From positions 9,796,001 to 9,860,000 of the forward strand of contig CM052820.1 in NCBI GenBank assembly GCA_028534125.1: a stretch of DNA of 64,000 nucleotides, in the 5' to 3' direction. The stretch is from Lama glama (Eukaryota). Position 1 is the first letter of the stretch; each line of letters starts with the position of its first letter. Both the position numbers and the translations under genes were made by a program. The notes below the pieces were generated by a model. That model had not been told where the DNA came from. It ran no database searches and saw only the letters and a program-made list of their open reading frames with translations. Below, piece by piece: positions 61,811-64,000 of the stretch.

Positions 61811-62577
61811 GTCCGTGGAAGCACTCGTGAGTAATGAGTCCGGCCCGGGGGACTTTCAGAACCTGGGTTTGCTGGTTGATTCACCAAGATGATGCTGAAT
61901 ATATGTGCGTGGGTGAAATGTCTTGCTCCCAAGTCCTACTTTCAGGCATATTTTTGGAGACTTTTGACAGGAGTCAGTGCTGGGGGGAAGACAGATGTAT
62001 AAAATATAGAACTTGGTGTCTGAAAGAGAGAGGGCAATAGATATCAAAGTTTTTGTAGATGCCACAGGACGAAGGCGGCTGGGTCACACGGTAGGAATCC
62101 AGAGCCAGATAGAAGGGCTCGGGGCCGTGGGAAGGACAGACGGTCTCCTAGATAATGAGGGGGCCCTGGTGACTTGCAAATCTCTGCACGCCATTCTCTC
62201 AATTCTCTGAATTTGTTTCCATTTATGATTATTTGGTGTCCATTTACAGTTAAGAGGGTGGCACGGAAATAGGACTGGGCGCTGTGTCTATTGGGCGGAG
62301 CTGGCTGACTTGGTCGGCCTCACAGGAGAGGGTTTGGTAGGGCCACCAGCCAGGGCGGTTGGCTTCTGCAGAGAAACCTCTTCTGAGCCTGTGCCAGGAA
62401 GGGCTGGGTGTATTAACCCCGAAACCGAGTTCCGGAGCAAAGTGGGAAAAGGAGGCTGATGGTCATGCCTGAGCTTTCAGCGTGCACATTTCTCTTTGCC
62501 TCCTATAGCCAGGGGGTGGCATGAGAGTCTCAACCTCCCCCCGCCCCATCCCGATGGCCTCTCCAGACCAGGGTGAT

Positions 62578-63030
62578 GGTGTTACTTGCCTAGCGCTGCT
62601 GTCGCAAAGTACTTCAAACCAGGAGGCTTAAAACAACAGACATTTCTTTTTTCACAGTTCTGGAGGCCAGAAGTCCTAAATCAAGTTGTTAGTGGGGTTG
62701 GGTCCTTCTGGAGGCTCTGAGGGAGAAGCCACTGCACACGTTTCTCCTCGCTTCTGGTGGCTGTTGGCAATCCTTGGCGTCCATTGGCTTGTGGCAACGT
62801 CATTTCCATTCTCTGCCTCAGCTGTCACACGCCTTCTCCCCTGTGTCTCTGTCTTCTCCTTTCTGTCTCATCGAAGGGCTCCTCCCATTGGATTTAGGGC
62901 CACCCTAATTCAGAATGGTCTCACTTCGAGATCCTGCCCTTCACTACACCTGCAAAGATTATTCCAAATAAGGTCACATTCTGAATTCCAGGAAGATATA
63001 TTTTGGGAGACACAAATTCAACCCAATAAA
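62578..63030 (-). mobile_element. MLT1 (MaLR, MLT1B/C-like) LTR
   Basis: ggcttaaaacaacagacatttc...cacagttctggaggccagaagtc...ggatttagggccaccctaatt...ctgcaaagattattccaaataaggtcacattctga...aattcaaccca. Confidence 0.88.
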
Positions 63031-63719
63031 ATGACCAAACAATTTTTTGTACAAAACAAGGCACTCCAGGATTGACAGTGCCAAACTGGACAGCACCCAG
63101 TCAAGTGTCTTTCCTTGGACACTTGCTCGGGCACAAGGACTGGCTCTCTGACCACCTCTGGGTCACCACCCACCACCTCCCCTGGGAAGGGCCGCTCTCA
63201 GACCGAGGGGTTGGAAGATGGAGCGTGAAGACTGAACTCTTCTTAATACCGACTTCTCAGTGTTTCCAATATTTTCTGGTAAAAATCCACTCACTCCTTG
63301 TGGAGTCCTCTCCTTCAGGGACACCAAAGCTGAAACACAGGCCACTCTCCCAAGCTTTCTGGCACCTTCCCCTGCTGTTCTCCCCTCTCTTTTCTTTCTT
63401 AAGCATTTCACTGACACCTTAGTGGGGGAAACGACAGTGGGGACAACAGTCCCGCAGGAGCTGGGGAGGAGTGAAGGCAAGTGTGCGCTCGGTCTGCTTT
63501 TGTGCAGAAGAACGTGTGCAGGAGACAGCTGCATGGTGGTTTTCCTTTTACGTTCAAACACGAGAAGTGAGCAAGTGCAAGGGAGAGCTTACCAGTAAGG
63601 TTTAAAACTACAGTGGAAACGACAGTTGTAACACTTCTGTTTGAATAGAAACCCATCAGAGCCCTTTCACGGTAGTACTGGGCTGTTCAATGTTACTGAG
63701 GATGTGGGGACAATGGGCA

Positions 63720-64000
63720 GACGCGGACACTGCTGATGAAAGCTCCATCAGCAGACTTTTTCTGGAGGACAATTTGACATCAACTCCCTGAAAAATACAC
63801 ATAGCCATTCACCCGGTTTCACCTCAGGACAGTGATCTAGGAGGAAAACAAAACAGATTTGTTACAGCCCCACAAACGAGGAGTGCGACACAAAGACACA
63901 AACTATGCGTGAATCGGAATCAGCTGAAAGGCAAGTGCGATGGTATTTGGCTAAATGAGACGGTGGCCATGTGACAGCGTTGCACACGGCCATTAAAAAT
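63720..64000 (+). mobile_element. Old L1ME 3' fragment (runs off window)
   Basis: ctttttctggaggacaatttgaca...catagccattcaccc...gcacacggccattaaaaat. Confidence 0.55.

Noticed and set aside
1-64000. Prokaryotic-type systems (CRISPR arrays, operons, defence islands), rRNA, snoRNA or miRNA genes
   Set aside because: The sequence is mammalian intron/UTR/intergenic DNA; no repeat-spacer arrays, gene-dense ORFs or recognisable structured RNA genes were seen

Overview
Mammalian genomic DNA with three assembly gaps. Four tRNA-Ala-derived vic-1-type SINEs point to a camelid (camel/alpaca). I found no protein-coding exon, and the ORFs in the track look like chance frames in intron, UTR, repeat or N-run sequence. 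I recognise 34182 onward (+) as the non-coding terminal exon 2 (3' UTR) of IRS1 (insulin receptor substrate 1). It starts at a canonical acceptor (ttccttttcag|AATGAAGACCTAAATGACCTCAGC), carries a dense miRNA seed cluster (miR-126, -128/27, -96, -183, -7, -144, -145, -30, let-7) and has tandem poly(A) signals. Positions 1-34181 are therefore the distal part of IRS1's single long intron, with the coding exon upstream of the window. Positions ~39.3-64 kb are repeat-rich downstream intergenic DNA (MIR, L2, L1, MLT, MER, ERV LTRs). The IRS1 call and repeat family names come from recognition, not database searches, and repeat boundaries are approximate. Best leads: a possible stop-readthrough extension ending in a PTS1-like PRL, a candidate recursive splice site/7-nt microexon, a second miR-126 seed site, and a CTCF-like/enhancer cluster in the intron. 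I cannot establish a novel multi-gene system here.
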